Below, one piece after another: positions 56,155-64,000 of a stretch of DNA of 64,000 nucleotides. The position numbers and the translations under genes were made by a program. The notes beneath the pieces are model-generated. The model saw only the letters and a program-made list of their open reading frames with translations. It was not told the DNA's origin and made no database searches. Origin of the DNA: Cryomorphaceae bacterium (GTDB taxonomy: Bacteria > Bacteroidota > Bacteroidia > Flavobacteriales > Schleiferiaceae); the NCBI GenBank assembly GCA_003566715.1, contig PXCF01000139.1:18275-82274 (forward strand). The letters are read 5' to 3'. How positions within the stretch are numbered: the stretch's first letter is position 1; each line of letters starts with the position of its first letter.

Positions 56155-57251
56155 GCGTTTTTATGTGTTTTAATGAATGCTAATATTTCACGGTTATTGG
56201 CCATTTTCATGTAGCCACCGTTCTTTTCAATTTCTCTAAACAGATTCCAGGCTTCGGTCGCCATGTCTAGGGTTTGTATTTCAAAGAAATGACTACCCGC
56301 AGCCGGGTCGATGTTGGCATCAATATGTGCTTCGTACTGAAGGATCAGCTGAATGTTGCGAGCTATTCTCAAGCCAAAAGGGTCATAGGCTTTTGTGTGT
56401 GTGTTGTGTGGTTCAATGCACAGAGCATTTGCTCCACCAACCAGTGCGCCCATAGCTTCAGCTGTGTTTTTTATCATGTTTTGATACTCGTCCTCCGTTG
56501 ATTTGTTGTCTAATCTGCTTTTAACAAAAATATCGGGATGAGTGGGTTCCAGATTGCAGGTTTCCATAAGGAAGTGGTGCATTTGGCGGAGAGCACGTAT
56601 CTGAATAATGTCTAAGAAATAGTGACCAACAGTGGGGAGCGCATACCACAGTTCTTCAACTGGTTTGCCATTTTGAATGAGTTCATGGACTTGCGCAATG
56701 GCCAGTGCCAATCGAGCGGCCGGACGAATATCTTCGTGCTCCAACACATTTATAGAGCCCGACCGACAACCCGATCGTTCATGGCCATGCAAAAATCCTC
56801 GACAATCGTAAAAAACCGATGGGTTTTTGTCGGGATAGGCTTCAGCGATGTAAGTCTCCAAACTATCACAAACGGATTGGTTACTTGTAACGACATACAG
56901 TGTGATGTAGTCTAAAATAATATCATTCAATAACGTACGCCAATTAACTTTAGAAGAAGGTGTTAGAAACACGCCGTTTGCGCCGCCTTCTAGAGCTTTA
57001 ATAATGCGTTTGTTGTCTTCCTTTTCGTTGGTGATGTTTCCTTGAGGATGTACGAGTATGTGGGTGCGCTTTTCAGAAGGCAATGGTGCCTCATGCGCAT
57101 GGACTACTTGCAAGGGGTGGATGGGGGTGTTTTGAAAAACCTTTGTGGTTAATTCTTCCAAGCTTTCCACACCTGTTTCACGTTTGATTTTCTCCAACCA
57201 TTGTGCCTTGGTTAGTGAGGTAAATTCTGAAAAATCTAGTGATTTACTCAT
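56151..57251 (-). CDS. Methylmalonyl-CoA mutase family protein (MutA/small-subunit-like, no B12-binding domain evident)
   Basis: N-terminal F-EF---TKAQW-EKI pattern and a TIM-barrel-like length of 366 aa. It overlaps the downstream gene by 4 nt. Confidence 0.45.
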   Translation of the reverse strand: MSKSLDFSEFTSLTKAQWLEKIKRETGVESLEELTTKVFQNTPIHPLQVVHAHEAPLPSEKRTHILVHPQGNITNEKEDNKRIIKALEGGANGVFLTPSSKVNWRTLLNDIILDYITLYVVTSNQSVCDSLETYIAEAYPDKNPSVFYDCRGFLHGHERSGCRSGSINVLEHEDIRPAARLALAIAQVHELIQNGKPVEELWYALPTVGHYFLDIIQIRALRQMHHFLMETCNLEPTHPDIFVKSRLDNKSTEDEYQNMIKNTAEAMGALVGGANALCIEPHNTHTKAYDPFGLRIARNIQLILQYEAHIDANIDPAAGSHFFEIQTLDMATEAWNLFREIEKNGGYMKMANNREILAFIKTHKNA

Positions 57252-57381
57252 GCGTTTTTTTCTCCTTTCTATGACCTACAAAACTAAGATACAAAGTTGA
57301 AGTGGCAGGGTGTTTAAATGGATTTTTGGCGGTTACTTTTATTAATAAACACTAACCGTGGTCTCTGCACAAGCCCGACAC

Positions 57382-58824
57382 CTAAGGTTTTTCATCAGAT
57401 TGAAGAATATGGGGACCTTTTTCTTTCATAAATGCCATAGCCGCATCGTAGTCGTTGTGAATCTCACCATCGAGAATGGCTTCTTTGATGGCGCTTTTGA
57501 TGAGGCCAACTTCTCTTCCCGGCGGCAGATTAAATGCATCCATAATTTCTTTGCCGCTGATGGGGGGCTGCCAATTTCTCAGTTTATCCTCCTCTTCTAC
57601 TTTCACCAAACGCTCACGTACTTCACGGAAATTGTTAAGATACTTTCGTTTTCTGCGTTCGTTTTTTGTTGTAATATCGGCTTCCACCAACAGCATCAGA
57701 TCATCTATGTCATCACCGGCATCAAACAACAAACGGCGAACAGCTGAGTCGGTTACATTCTCGTTGGTTAATGCGGTGGGTCTGCTACTCATGGCTACCA
57801 TTTTTTGCACGTATTTACTGGTGCTACCCAATGGAAGTTTGAGTCGTTTAAATATTCGAGGCACCATTTTTCCGCCCAAGAATTCGTGTCCATGAAAAGT
57901 CCAGCCGACTTTACTGTCAAACTTCTTGACGACGGGCTTCCCGATGTCGTGGAGTAAAGCAGCCCAGCGAAGCCATAGGTTTTCGGTGTTTTTACTGATG
58001 TTGTCGACGACTTCAATGGTGTGGTAGAAGTTGTCTTTGTGCAGTTGTCCTTCCACTTCTTCCACGCCTTGCAGGGCGTTAATTTCGGGAAGAAAATAGG
58101 GAAGTAGTCCAGTTTCAAAGAGTAGTGCCAGGCCTTCTGATGGTCGTTCACAAGTCATGATTTTGTTGAACTCGGTCATAATGCGTTCTACCGATACGAT
58201 GTGAAGACGGTCGGCATTTTTTCTGATGGCTGCCAGTGTTTTGGGGTGGATGGTGAAGTGCAATTGTGCTGCAAAGCGAATGGCGCGCATCATCCGCAAG
58301 GGGTCATCGGAGAAGGTGATATCCGGATCTAATGGCGTTTGAATAATTTCGTTTTCCAAATCGGTCAACCCATTAAACGGATCGATTAGCTCTCCAAAAC
58401 CGTCATTGTTAAGCCGCACAGCCAAGGCATTGATGGTGAAGTCTCTTCGGCGTTGGTCGTCTTCTAGCGTACCGTCTTCAACGGTTGGTTTGCGGCTGTC
58501 GGCGCGGTAAGACTCTTTTCGGGCGCCCACAAACTCCAATTCTATATCGTTGTGGCGGAGCATGGCGGTTCCAAAGCGCTTAAAAACGGTTACTTTTGGT
58601 TTTTTGGGTAGGGCTTCAGACAGCTTTTCTGCCAGTTCAATGCCGCTACCTACCGCTACCACGTCAATGTCGTTGGGAAGTGGTCTTTTCAACATGAAGT
58701 CGCGCACATAGCCCCCCACCACATAGGCCTCCACCTTCATGGCGTCGGCAACATCCGAAATGGTTTTAAATATATCGTCAGAAATGATGTCTCTGCCTTT
58801 CATTTTTTTAGCTTTTGCTAACAT
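57382..58824 (-). CDS. CCA-adding tRNA nucleotidyltransferase / poly(A) polymerase family protein with an HD domain
   Basis: GGYVRDFML...DIDVV head-domain motif, RRDFTINAL, and the HD motif LLHDIGKP. Confidence 0.85.
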   Translation of the reverse strand: MLAKAKKMKGRDIISDDIFKTISDVADAMKVEAYVVGGYVRDFMLKRPLPNDIDVVAVGSGIELAEKLSEALPKKPKVTVFKRFGTAMLRHNDIELEFVGARKESYRADSRKPTVEDGTLEDDQRRRDFTINALAVRLNNDGFGELIDPFNGLTDLENEIIQTPLDPDITFSDDPLRMMRAIRFAAQLHFTIHPKTLAAIRKNADRLHIVSVERIMTEFNKIMTCERPSEGLALLFETGLLPYFLPEINALQGVEEVEGQLHKDNFYHTIEVVDNISKNTENLWLRWAALLHDIGKPVVKKFDSKVGWTFHGHEFLGGKMVPRIFKRLKLPLGSTSKYVQKMVAMSSRPTALTNENVTDSAVRRLLFDAGDDIDDLMLLVEADITTKNERRKRKYLNNFREVRERLVKVEEEDKLRNWQPPISGKEIMDAFNLPPGREVGLIKSAIKEAILDGEIHNDYDAAMAFMKEKGPHILQSDEKP

Positions 58825-59143
58825 ATACTGCGAATAACAGCACCATAATCAATATCCAGTACATCAATATATTCACACGTTTGATGCTACTTTTTTGTTC
58901 CTTGATTTCCTCGTTATCTCTATCATCAGTTTCTACCGGAAAGAATAAAGGATATAGCATCAAGGCTTCGTTGCGCAGCGGTTTATTAGCTGTGCTTTTC
59001 CAACATTCCCAGCGATTTAGGGGTCTTTTTTTCTTTTTTTGCAAATGCAATAATTCGTATTGCAGGGCCACTTTATAGGCGTAAACGACCAAAAGGACGA
59101 TTAGAAAAAGGGCAATGAAAATTGAAAAAACATGTTCCATCAT
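58808..59143 (-). CDS. Hypothetical small membrane protein
   Basis: Two hydrophobic helices (FSIFIALFLIVLLVVYAY; ILMYWILIMVLLFAVYV). It overlaps the downstream cca-like gene by 17 nt. Confidence 0.4.
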   Translation of the reverse strand: MMEHVFSIFIALFLIVLLVVYAYKVALQYELLHLQKKKKRPLNRWECWKSTANKPLRNEALMLYPLFFPVETDDRDNEEIKEQKSSIKRVNILMYWILIMVLLFAVYVSKS

Positions 59144-59221
59144 AACGTTGGCAAAAGTACGATGCAAGAATGCATTTCCCTACTGATTTGCCGTTGTACT
59201 TTTGCCGGAATGAACAAAACG

Positions 59222-60352
59222 ATGACTTTTAACAAGGAAGCAGTAGACAAACATTCACGCGCAAGAGCCGGAGTGCTTCATACACCACACGGGGACATTC
59301 AGACGCCTATCTTTATGCCAGTTGGTACACTGGGAACGGTAAAAGCCATACCGCATCGCGATTTAGAAAATGATGTACGTGCACAGATCATACTTGGCAA
59401 TACCTATCACCTGATGCTTCGCCCGGGCATGGAGGTCATGCAAGAAGCCGGCGGACTTCATCGTTTTTCTTCCTGGAATAAGCCTCTGCTTACCGATAGT
59501 GGGGGGTATCAGGTTTACTCTTTAGCAGCCAATAGAAAGATTACCGAAGAGGGGGTGACGTTTCAGTCGCACATTGATGGCAGTAGGCATATGCTTAGTC
59601 CGGAGCGCTCGATGGATATCCAGCGTATCATTGGCGCCGATATTATTATGGCATTTGACGAATGCCCACCTTTTCCATGTACGGAAGATTACGCGCGTAA
59701 AAGCATGCATTTGACCCATCGTTGGTTGGATCGCAGTGTTGATCACTGGAAGAAAAACCCCGAAGCTTATGGTAAGCCACAAATGCTATTTCCCATAGTG
59801 CAAGGCAGTGTATTTCCTGAGCTAAGAAAGATTTCGGCCGAGTATATCGCCAATGTGGATGCACCCGGAAACGCCATCGGGGGGCTAAGTGTAGGAGAGC
59901 CGGCAGAGGACATGTATGCCATGTGTGATCTCGTTTGCGGTATTTTGCCAGAAGACAAGCCCCGTTATTTGATGGGGGTGGGTACCCCGGCCAATTTGTT
60001 GGAATGCGTGGCTTTAGGCGTAGATATGTTTGACTGTGTGATGCCGACAAGAAATGGGAGAAACGGAATGCTGTTTACCAAGAACGGCATAATCAATATC
60101 AGAAACAAGAAATGGCACAACGACCATACACCCATTGATCCCAATGGTGATAGTTATGTAGATGCAGTCTACAGTAAGGCCTACTTGCGTCACCTTTTTG
60201 CCGCTAACGAATTTTTAGGGAAATACATCGCTTCACTTCACAATTTGCGGTTTTACCTTTGGTTGATGGAAACTGCTCGTCAACATATTTTGGAAGGGAC
60301 GTTCGCCGAATGGAAGTCGGGCATCATTCCGTCGCTGCAAAATCGCTTATGA
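59222..60352 (+). CDS. tgt: tRNA-guanosine(34) transglycosylase (queuine tRNA-ribosyltransferase)
   Basis: RAGVLHTPHGDIQTPIFMPVGT, LTDSGGYQV and the CxCxxC-like zinc region. The ATG at 59222 gives about 376 aa; the ATG at 59210 is also possible. Confidence 0.9.
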   Translation: MTFNKEAVDKHSRARAGVLHTPHGDIQTPIFMPVGTLGTVKAIPHRDLENDVRAQIILGNTYHLMLRPGMEVMQEAGGLHRFSSWNKPLLTDSGGYQVYSLAANRKITEEGVTFQSHIDGSRHMLSPERSMDIQRIIGADIIMAFDECPPFPCTEDYARKSMHLTHRWLDRSVDHWKKNPEAYGKPQMLFPIVQGSVFPELRKISAEYIANVDAPGNAIGGLSVGEPAEDMYAMCDLVCGILPEDKPRYLMGVGTPANLLECVALGVDMFDCVMPTRNGRNGMLFTKNGIINIRNKKWHNDHTPIDPNGDSYVDAVYSKAYLRHLFAANEFLGKYIASLHNLRFYLWLMETARQHILEGTFAEWKSGIIPSLQNRL

Positions 60353-61434
60353 TGTTTAAAATCGTCGATTGGTATATACTGCGGAAATTTTTAGGCACCT
60401 TTATCTTGGTGCTCGTTCTCATTATGTCTATCGCCGTGGTGTTCGACGTATCAGAACGAATTGAGGACTTTGTTACCAAGAATGCGCCTTTAAACGAGAT
60501 TGTCTTTAACTATTACCTCAACTTCGTCCTTTACTTCGGGAATCTGTTCAGTGCATTGATTGTTTTTATATCCACCATTTTGTTTACCTCACAAATGGCT
60601 AACCGCACAGAAATCGTGGCTATTTTAACCGGTGGGATGAGTTTTAGGCGCATGATGTGGCCGTATTTTATAGGTGCATTGATTATATCCGGAGGGAGTT
60701 ATGCACTGAATCACTACCTTATTCCGCAGACCAATGAAGTGCGTCTGGACTTTGATGCCAAGTACATTCACACCCATCAACGCACCAGTTATCGCAATAT
60801 CCACCGACAGATCTTACCCGGGGAAATGGTGTTTATGGAATCGTTTAACGTCAAGCGTGGGACGGGATATCGCTTTACTTATGAGCGGTTTGATGACCAA
60901 GTTCTCAAGGCAAAAATTTCCGGCGATTTTATTCGTTTTGATACAGTTTCACAAGGATGGAAATTAGATAATTATGTGATTCGATATATCGATGATATGG
61001 GTGAGGAACGATTAGAGCGTGGCAAGCGTTTGGACACCAATTTTGCCTTTTTACCCGAAGATTTAGCGCCCGGCGTATTCACCACCGAAACCATGACCAC
61101 GCCGGAATTAAAGAAATTGATCGAAGCAGAGCGCGTCAGGGGAGGGGAGACCATCAACACGTTTTTGATCGACTATTACAGTCGAAGCAGTTGGCCCGGC
61201 GCAACGTTTGTATTGGTCCTCATTGCTGTTACGCTCAGTTCGCGGAAAAAGCGAGGAGGACTTGGATTAAACATCGCCCTCGGATTGATCATTTGTGTGG
61301 TTTATATATTTTTCATGCAGATATCTACCACCTTTGCCACCAGTGGTAATTTGGAGCCTTGGTTGGCAGTATGGTTACCTAACTTTGTATTCACCGGCTT
61401 AGCCATTTATCTCTATCGCATTGCCCCTAAATGA
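60349..61434 (+). CDS. LptF/LptG family LPS export permease
   Basis: YILRKFLGTFILVLVLIMSIAVVFD N-terminus, a periplasmic beta-jellyroll segment and C-terminal TM segments. The start overlaps the tgt stop (ATGA). Confidence 0.8.
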   Translation: MMFKIVDWYILRKFLGTFILVLVLIMSIAVVFDVSERIEDFVTKNAPLNEIVFNYYLNFVLYFGNLFSALIVFISTILFTSQMANRTEIVAILTGGMSFRRMMWPYFIGALIISGGSYALNHYLIPQTNEVRLDFDAKYIHTHQRTSYRNIHRQILPGEMVFMESFNVKRGTGYRFTYERFDDQVLKAKISGDFIRFDTVSQGWKLDNYVIRYIDDMGEERLERGKRLDTNFAFLPEDLAPGVFTTETMTTPELKKLIEAERVRGGETINTFLIDYYSRSSWPGATFVLVLIAVTLSSRKKRGGLGLNIALGLIICVVYIFFMQISTTFATSGNLEPWLAVWLPNFVFTGLAIYLYRIAPK

Positions 61435-61447
61435 GAATACCGCCCTA

Positions 61448-62356
61448 ATGCGCATGCACATTGTTGTGTTTGTCTGGGGCTTTACCGCCATATTGGGTCG
61501 TTTGATCTCGCTAGACGCAGTGTCGCTGGTGTGGCACCGTATGCTGATTGCTGTTGCCGTGCTCATGGTTTACTTGATGGCGCGTAAAAAATTGCAGCCC
61601 TTGTCGCTGCGACAGTCGTTGCCGATATTGGCGGCCGGATTGGTCATTGCCGCGCACTGGATCACCTTTTTCTTGGCGATAAAAGTGGCCAATGTTTCCA
61701 TTACTTTGGCCATGATGTCAACGGCGGCATTGTTTACGTCGTTTCTTGAGCCACTGTTTTTTAAACGCAAAGTTGATGTGTTGGAAATTGGCCTGGGGGT
61801 GATTGTGGTGGGTGGTTTGTATATAATTTTCCGCGCCGATAGCACCCACTTTGTCGGTATGTTGATTGCCTTGGTGTCGGCTTTTTTGTCGGCCTTGTTT
61901 AGTGTAATCAATGGGAGGTTGATTACCAAACACCGCCCGACGACCATTACCACTTACGAATTGCTGGGCGGGGTTATTGGTATCACCATTTTTATGGTAG
62001 CTACCGGTAAATTTAATGCCGAATTGTTTGCATTGGGTCAGTGTACGGAAGGTGGATTTTGGGCGCTTTTGGGCGGCTATTGTGATTTGACTCTCCTATT
62101 GATTTTGGGAACCATTTGTACCGCATGGGCATTTATCGAATCCGTTGCGGTTATGAAATACCTCAGACCCTACACCGTTGTGCTGAGTATAAACATGGAG
62201 CCTGTGTACGGTATCATATTGGCTTTTTTGTTTTTTGGCGAAAGCGAGCGCATGGATCCCTTGTTTTATTTTGGAACGCTCATCATACTTTCGGCGTTGT
62301 TTACCGAGGCGATAGTGAAGCGGAGGAGGAAGCGGAGGGCGTCTTCAAATGATTAG
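61448..62356 (+). CDS. EamA/DMT family transporter
   Basis: Ten-TM pattern arranged as two EamA-like halves. I used the ATG at 61448. Confidence 0.7.
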   Translation: MRMHIVVFVWGFTAILGRLISLDAVSLVWHRMLIAVAVLMVYLMARKKLQPLSLRQSLPILAAGLVIAAHWITFFLAIKVANVSITLAMMSTAALFTSFLEPLFFKRKVDVLEIGLGVIVVGGLYIIFRADSTHFVGMLIALVSAFLSALFSVINGRLITKHRPTTITTYELLGGVIGITIFMVATGKFNAELFALGQCTEGGFWALLGGYCDLTLLLILGTICTAWAFIESVAVMKYLRPYTVVLSINMEPVYGIILAFLFFGESERMDPLFYFGTLIILSALFTEAIVKRRRKRRASSND

Positions 62357-62473
62357 TAATTAAAATAATCGGGTTTAAATCTTGCGTTATATTCTGCTAA
62401 ATAAGAAGATAGCTTTATAATGTCATTTATCACATTTTGAATTTCTAGCCCCAGCATGTACATTTGCTTATAC

Positions 62474-63208
62474 ATGCGTTTTATAATTCCACTACTTTTA
62501 TTCAGTGTATCGACACTCGCACAAAAATCTAAGCACTATATTGGGGTTAATTTAAATCCTTCTTTTACCAACGCTTGGATTACCGATGAATGGGGCAGAG
62601 AAGTTTTTTTAAATGACTTGGAAGTTGGTAGGGGGTTTATTGGCGGAAGTGTAGGTATTAGTGGGCTCATAGACCTTGGTTCGCGCTTAGATTTTCAAAT
62701 GGACATTCTGTACGGTGTTTATACGATAAGAGAGAAGTTTAAGCCTCGAAACGCAACTTTTCCAGACCTGGCTCCTGGCCCAACTTTTCAAAATATTAGA
62801 ATTGATGAGTATCATATGTTATCGATTCCCTTGTTGCTCAATTATTATTTAAATGACCCACGCGCCAAGTGGTCTTGGTATGTTTCGGGAGGCGTAAGGG
62901 GGCATGGATTAATCACAATATTTCGGCACTTCTATACGGATTTACATCTAACAAATGTAATGGGTTCCCCCATAGATATTCAAACGGGGAGATCAAAAAT
63001 AGAAGATGTTTATTTAGAAAATTACAGGCGATTAAACCTATCTGCTCAAGTAGGAATTGGTGTTGATTATCGCAAATCACAGCATCTGAAGTTTCGCTTA
63101 GCAACGAACTTTGAACATTTCTTATTAAAGACGTATAAAAACGATTTTTTTCGCCAAGGCTTTATTTATGCAATGGGGCTAAACCTCGGTATTTATTGGC
63201 GTCTATAA
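62474..63208 (+). CDS. Outer-membrane beta-barrel (porin-family/PorT-like) protein
   Basis: Signal peptide MRFIIPLLLFSVSTLAQ with an alternating beta-strand pattern. Confidence 0.5.
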   Translation: MRFIIPLLLFSVSTLAQKSKHYIGVNLNPSFTNAWITDEWGREVFLNDLEVGRGFIGGSVGISGLIDLGSRLDFQMDILYGVYTIREKFKPRNATFPDLAPGPTFQNIRIDEYHMLSIPLLLNYYLNDPRAKWSWYVSGGVRGHGLITIFRHFYTDLHLTNVMGSPIDIQTGRSKIEDVYLENYRRLNLSAQVGIGVDYRKSQHLKFRLATNFEHFLLKTYKNDFFRQGFIYAMGLNLGIYWRL

Positions 63209-63250
63209 TACCAATGATTTTATGTGGAGCCATCCATAACGACACAGGCA

Positions 63251-63472
63251 TTAACTCTCCTCCAAAAAGCGCTCAACAATCTCCTTGGCTTTTTCAAAAT
63301 CAGACGCCTTTACGTGGATGTCTACGTCGTTTTGCGATGTGCCGAAACCGGCCAGTCTTCCGGATTCTGTATTGTCTTTAATCATAAAAGGAATGCCACT
63401 TTCTTCTAGAATGGTTGCAATTCTATTGATGACGATTGAACTGTCGGACATTAACCGTATTAAATCACTCAT
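63251..63472 (-). CDS. DUF2007 (putative signal-transducing) small protein
   Basis: 73 aa. The pattern ...LEESGIPFMIKD...VDIHVKASDFEKAKEIV is typical of DUF2007. Confidence 0.65.
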   Translation of the reverse strand: MSDLIRLMSDSSIVINRIATILEESGIPFMIKDNTESGRLAGFGTSQNDVDIHVKASDFEKAKEIVERFLEES

Positions 63473-63702
63473 GGCTATTTCTGTTTGGTTTAGACTCTGC
63501 GAATTGGTCTTTTGACATCCATCAACAAAACGACATAGGTTGTTCGTTGTAAATATACATCATTAAACGAAATCAATGACCAACGAAGAAACAAAGTTTA
63601 TTTCTTTGGTAATTCTGACTTGACTTTCCCGAATTTTTTAGTCATGTGAAATACGAGCTTTTATATGCACGAAAATGAATTGTTTTGCCGACGCTAAGCC
63701 AT

Positions 63703-63732
63703 AAAAAAAGCCCCATCAATAGATGAGGCTTT
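63703..63732 (-). terminator. Rho-independent terminator after queA
   Basis: On the minus strand, a 10-bp stem with one mismatch (aaagcctcat/atggggcttt) is followed by TTTTTTT, 5 nt after the stop. Confidence 0.6.
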
Positions 63733-63737
63733 GCGCT

Positions 63738-64000
63738 TTACAAAATCAGCATGGCATCTCCATAACTGAGGAAACGGTACTTCTCTTTAATGGCTTCTTT
63801 GTATGCTTTGTTGAGCAATTCATATCCGGTAAAGGCCGCCGTCATCATTAAGATGGTTGATTGTGGCGGGTGGAAGTTGGTTACCAACGCATCGGCAATG
63901 GTAAAGTCGTGCGGCGGATAAATAAAGCGGTTGGTCCAGCCATCAAACTTCTTCAACTTATCTTCGGTGGTAATGGATGTCTCCAATGCACGCATGGTGG
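63738..64000 (-). CDS. queA: S-adenosylmethionine:tRNA ribosyltransferase-isomerase. The C-terminal part lies in the window and the gene continues past the window end.
   Basis: [17 protein letters not shown]...[12 protein letters not shown] is the QueA C-terminus. Confidence 0.88.
   Translation of the reverse strand, partial: TMRALETSITTEDKLKKFDGWTNRFIYPPHDFTIADALVTNFHPPQSTILMMTAAFTGYELLNKAYKEAIKEKYRFLSYGDAMLIL

Noticed and set aside
1-64000. Searched for prophage, integrase, transposase, toxin-antitoxin or defence-system genes, and for tRNA or rRNA genes.
   Set aside because: No ORF shows hallmark motifs of these classes. No intergenic gap has tRNA-like or rRNA-like sequence that I could recognise by eye. 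tRNAscan-SE or Infernal and a defence-system finder would be the decisive checks.

Overview
This looks like a chromosomal core region of a Bacteroidota genome, probably Flavobacteriia-like. That placement is inferred from T9SS type A and type B C-terminal sorting domains, a fused SecDF, a long NusB, a DUF5686 protein, TAnnTTTG -7 promoter motifs and the absence of Shine-Dalgarno spacing. I support about 56 protein-coding genes, densely packed on both strands and mostly housekeeping. They include proS, nusB, pdxH, lplA, lptD, tatA, secDF, parE, tgt, queA, a CCA-adding enzyme, a fused E1 dehydrogenase, leucine dehydrogenase and an ABC exporter. I found no rRNA, tRNA, CRISPR array, transposase, integrase or recognisable defence genes. 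The most notable loci are: (1) a tightly coupled operon of UbiA prenyltransferase, type III PKS, methyltransferase and FAD flavoprotein (28.5-32.4 kb), which resembles srsABC phenolic-lipid/alkylquinone clusters but adds a prenyltransferase. (2) An extreme low-complexity lipoprotein with a Met/Gly/Trp/His-rich block and a long Ser/Arg/Pro repeat tail (5.5-6.8 kb). (3) Two copies of a roughly 113-nt structured repeat lying just past the 3' ends of secDF and tatA, with compensatory substitutions in a hairpin. (4) Clusters of palindromic GTAGAGACGCA-type and CCCCGTAGGGG-type hairpin repeats after gene ends. (5) A membrane HdrDE/DsrMK-like Fe-S oxidoreductase pair split by a lipoprotein gene, inside a long envelope operon. 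(6) A two-gene egtB-egtD ergothioneine module. (7) A 145-aa protein that is little more than a signal peptide plus a T9SS type B sorting domain. (8) A DUF3127 protein ending in an SSB-like acidic DDDLPF tip. All functional calls come from motif and family recognition by eye. No database search was run.
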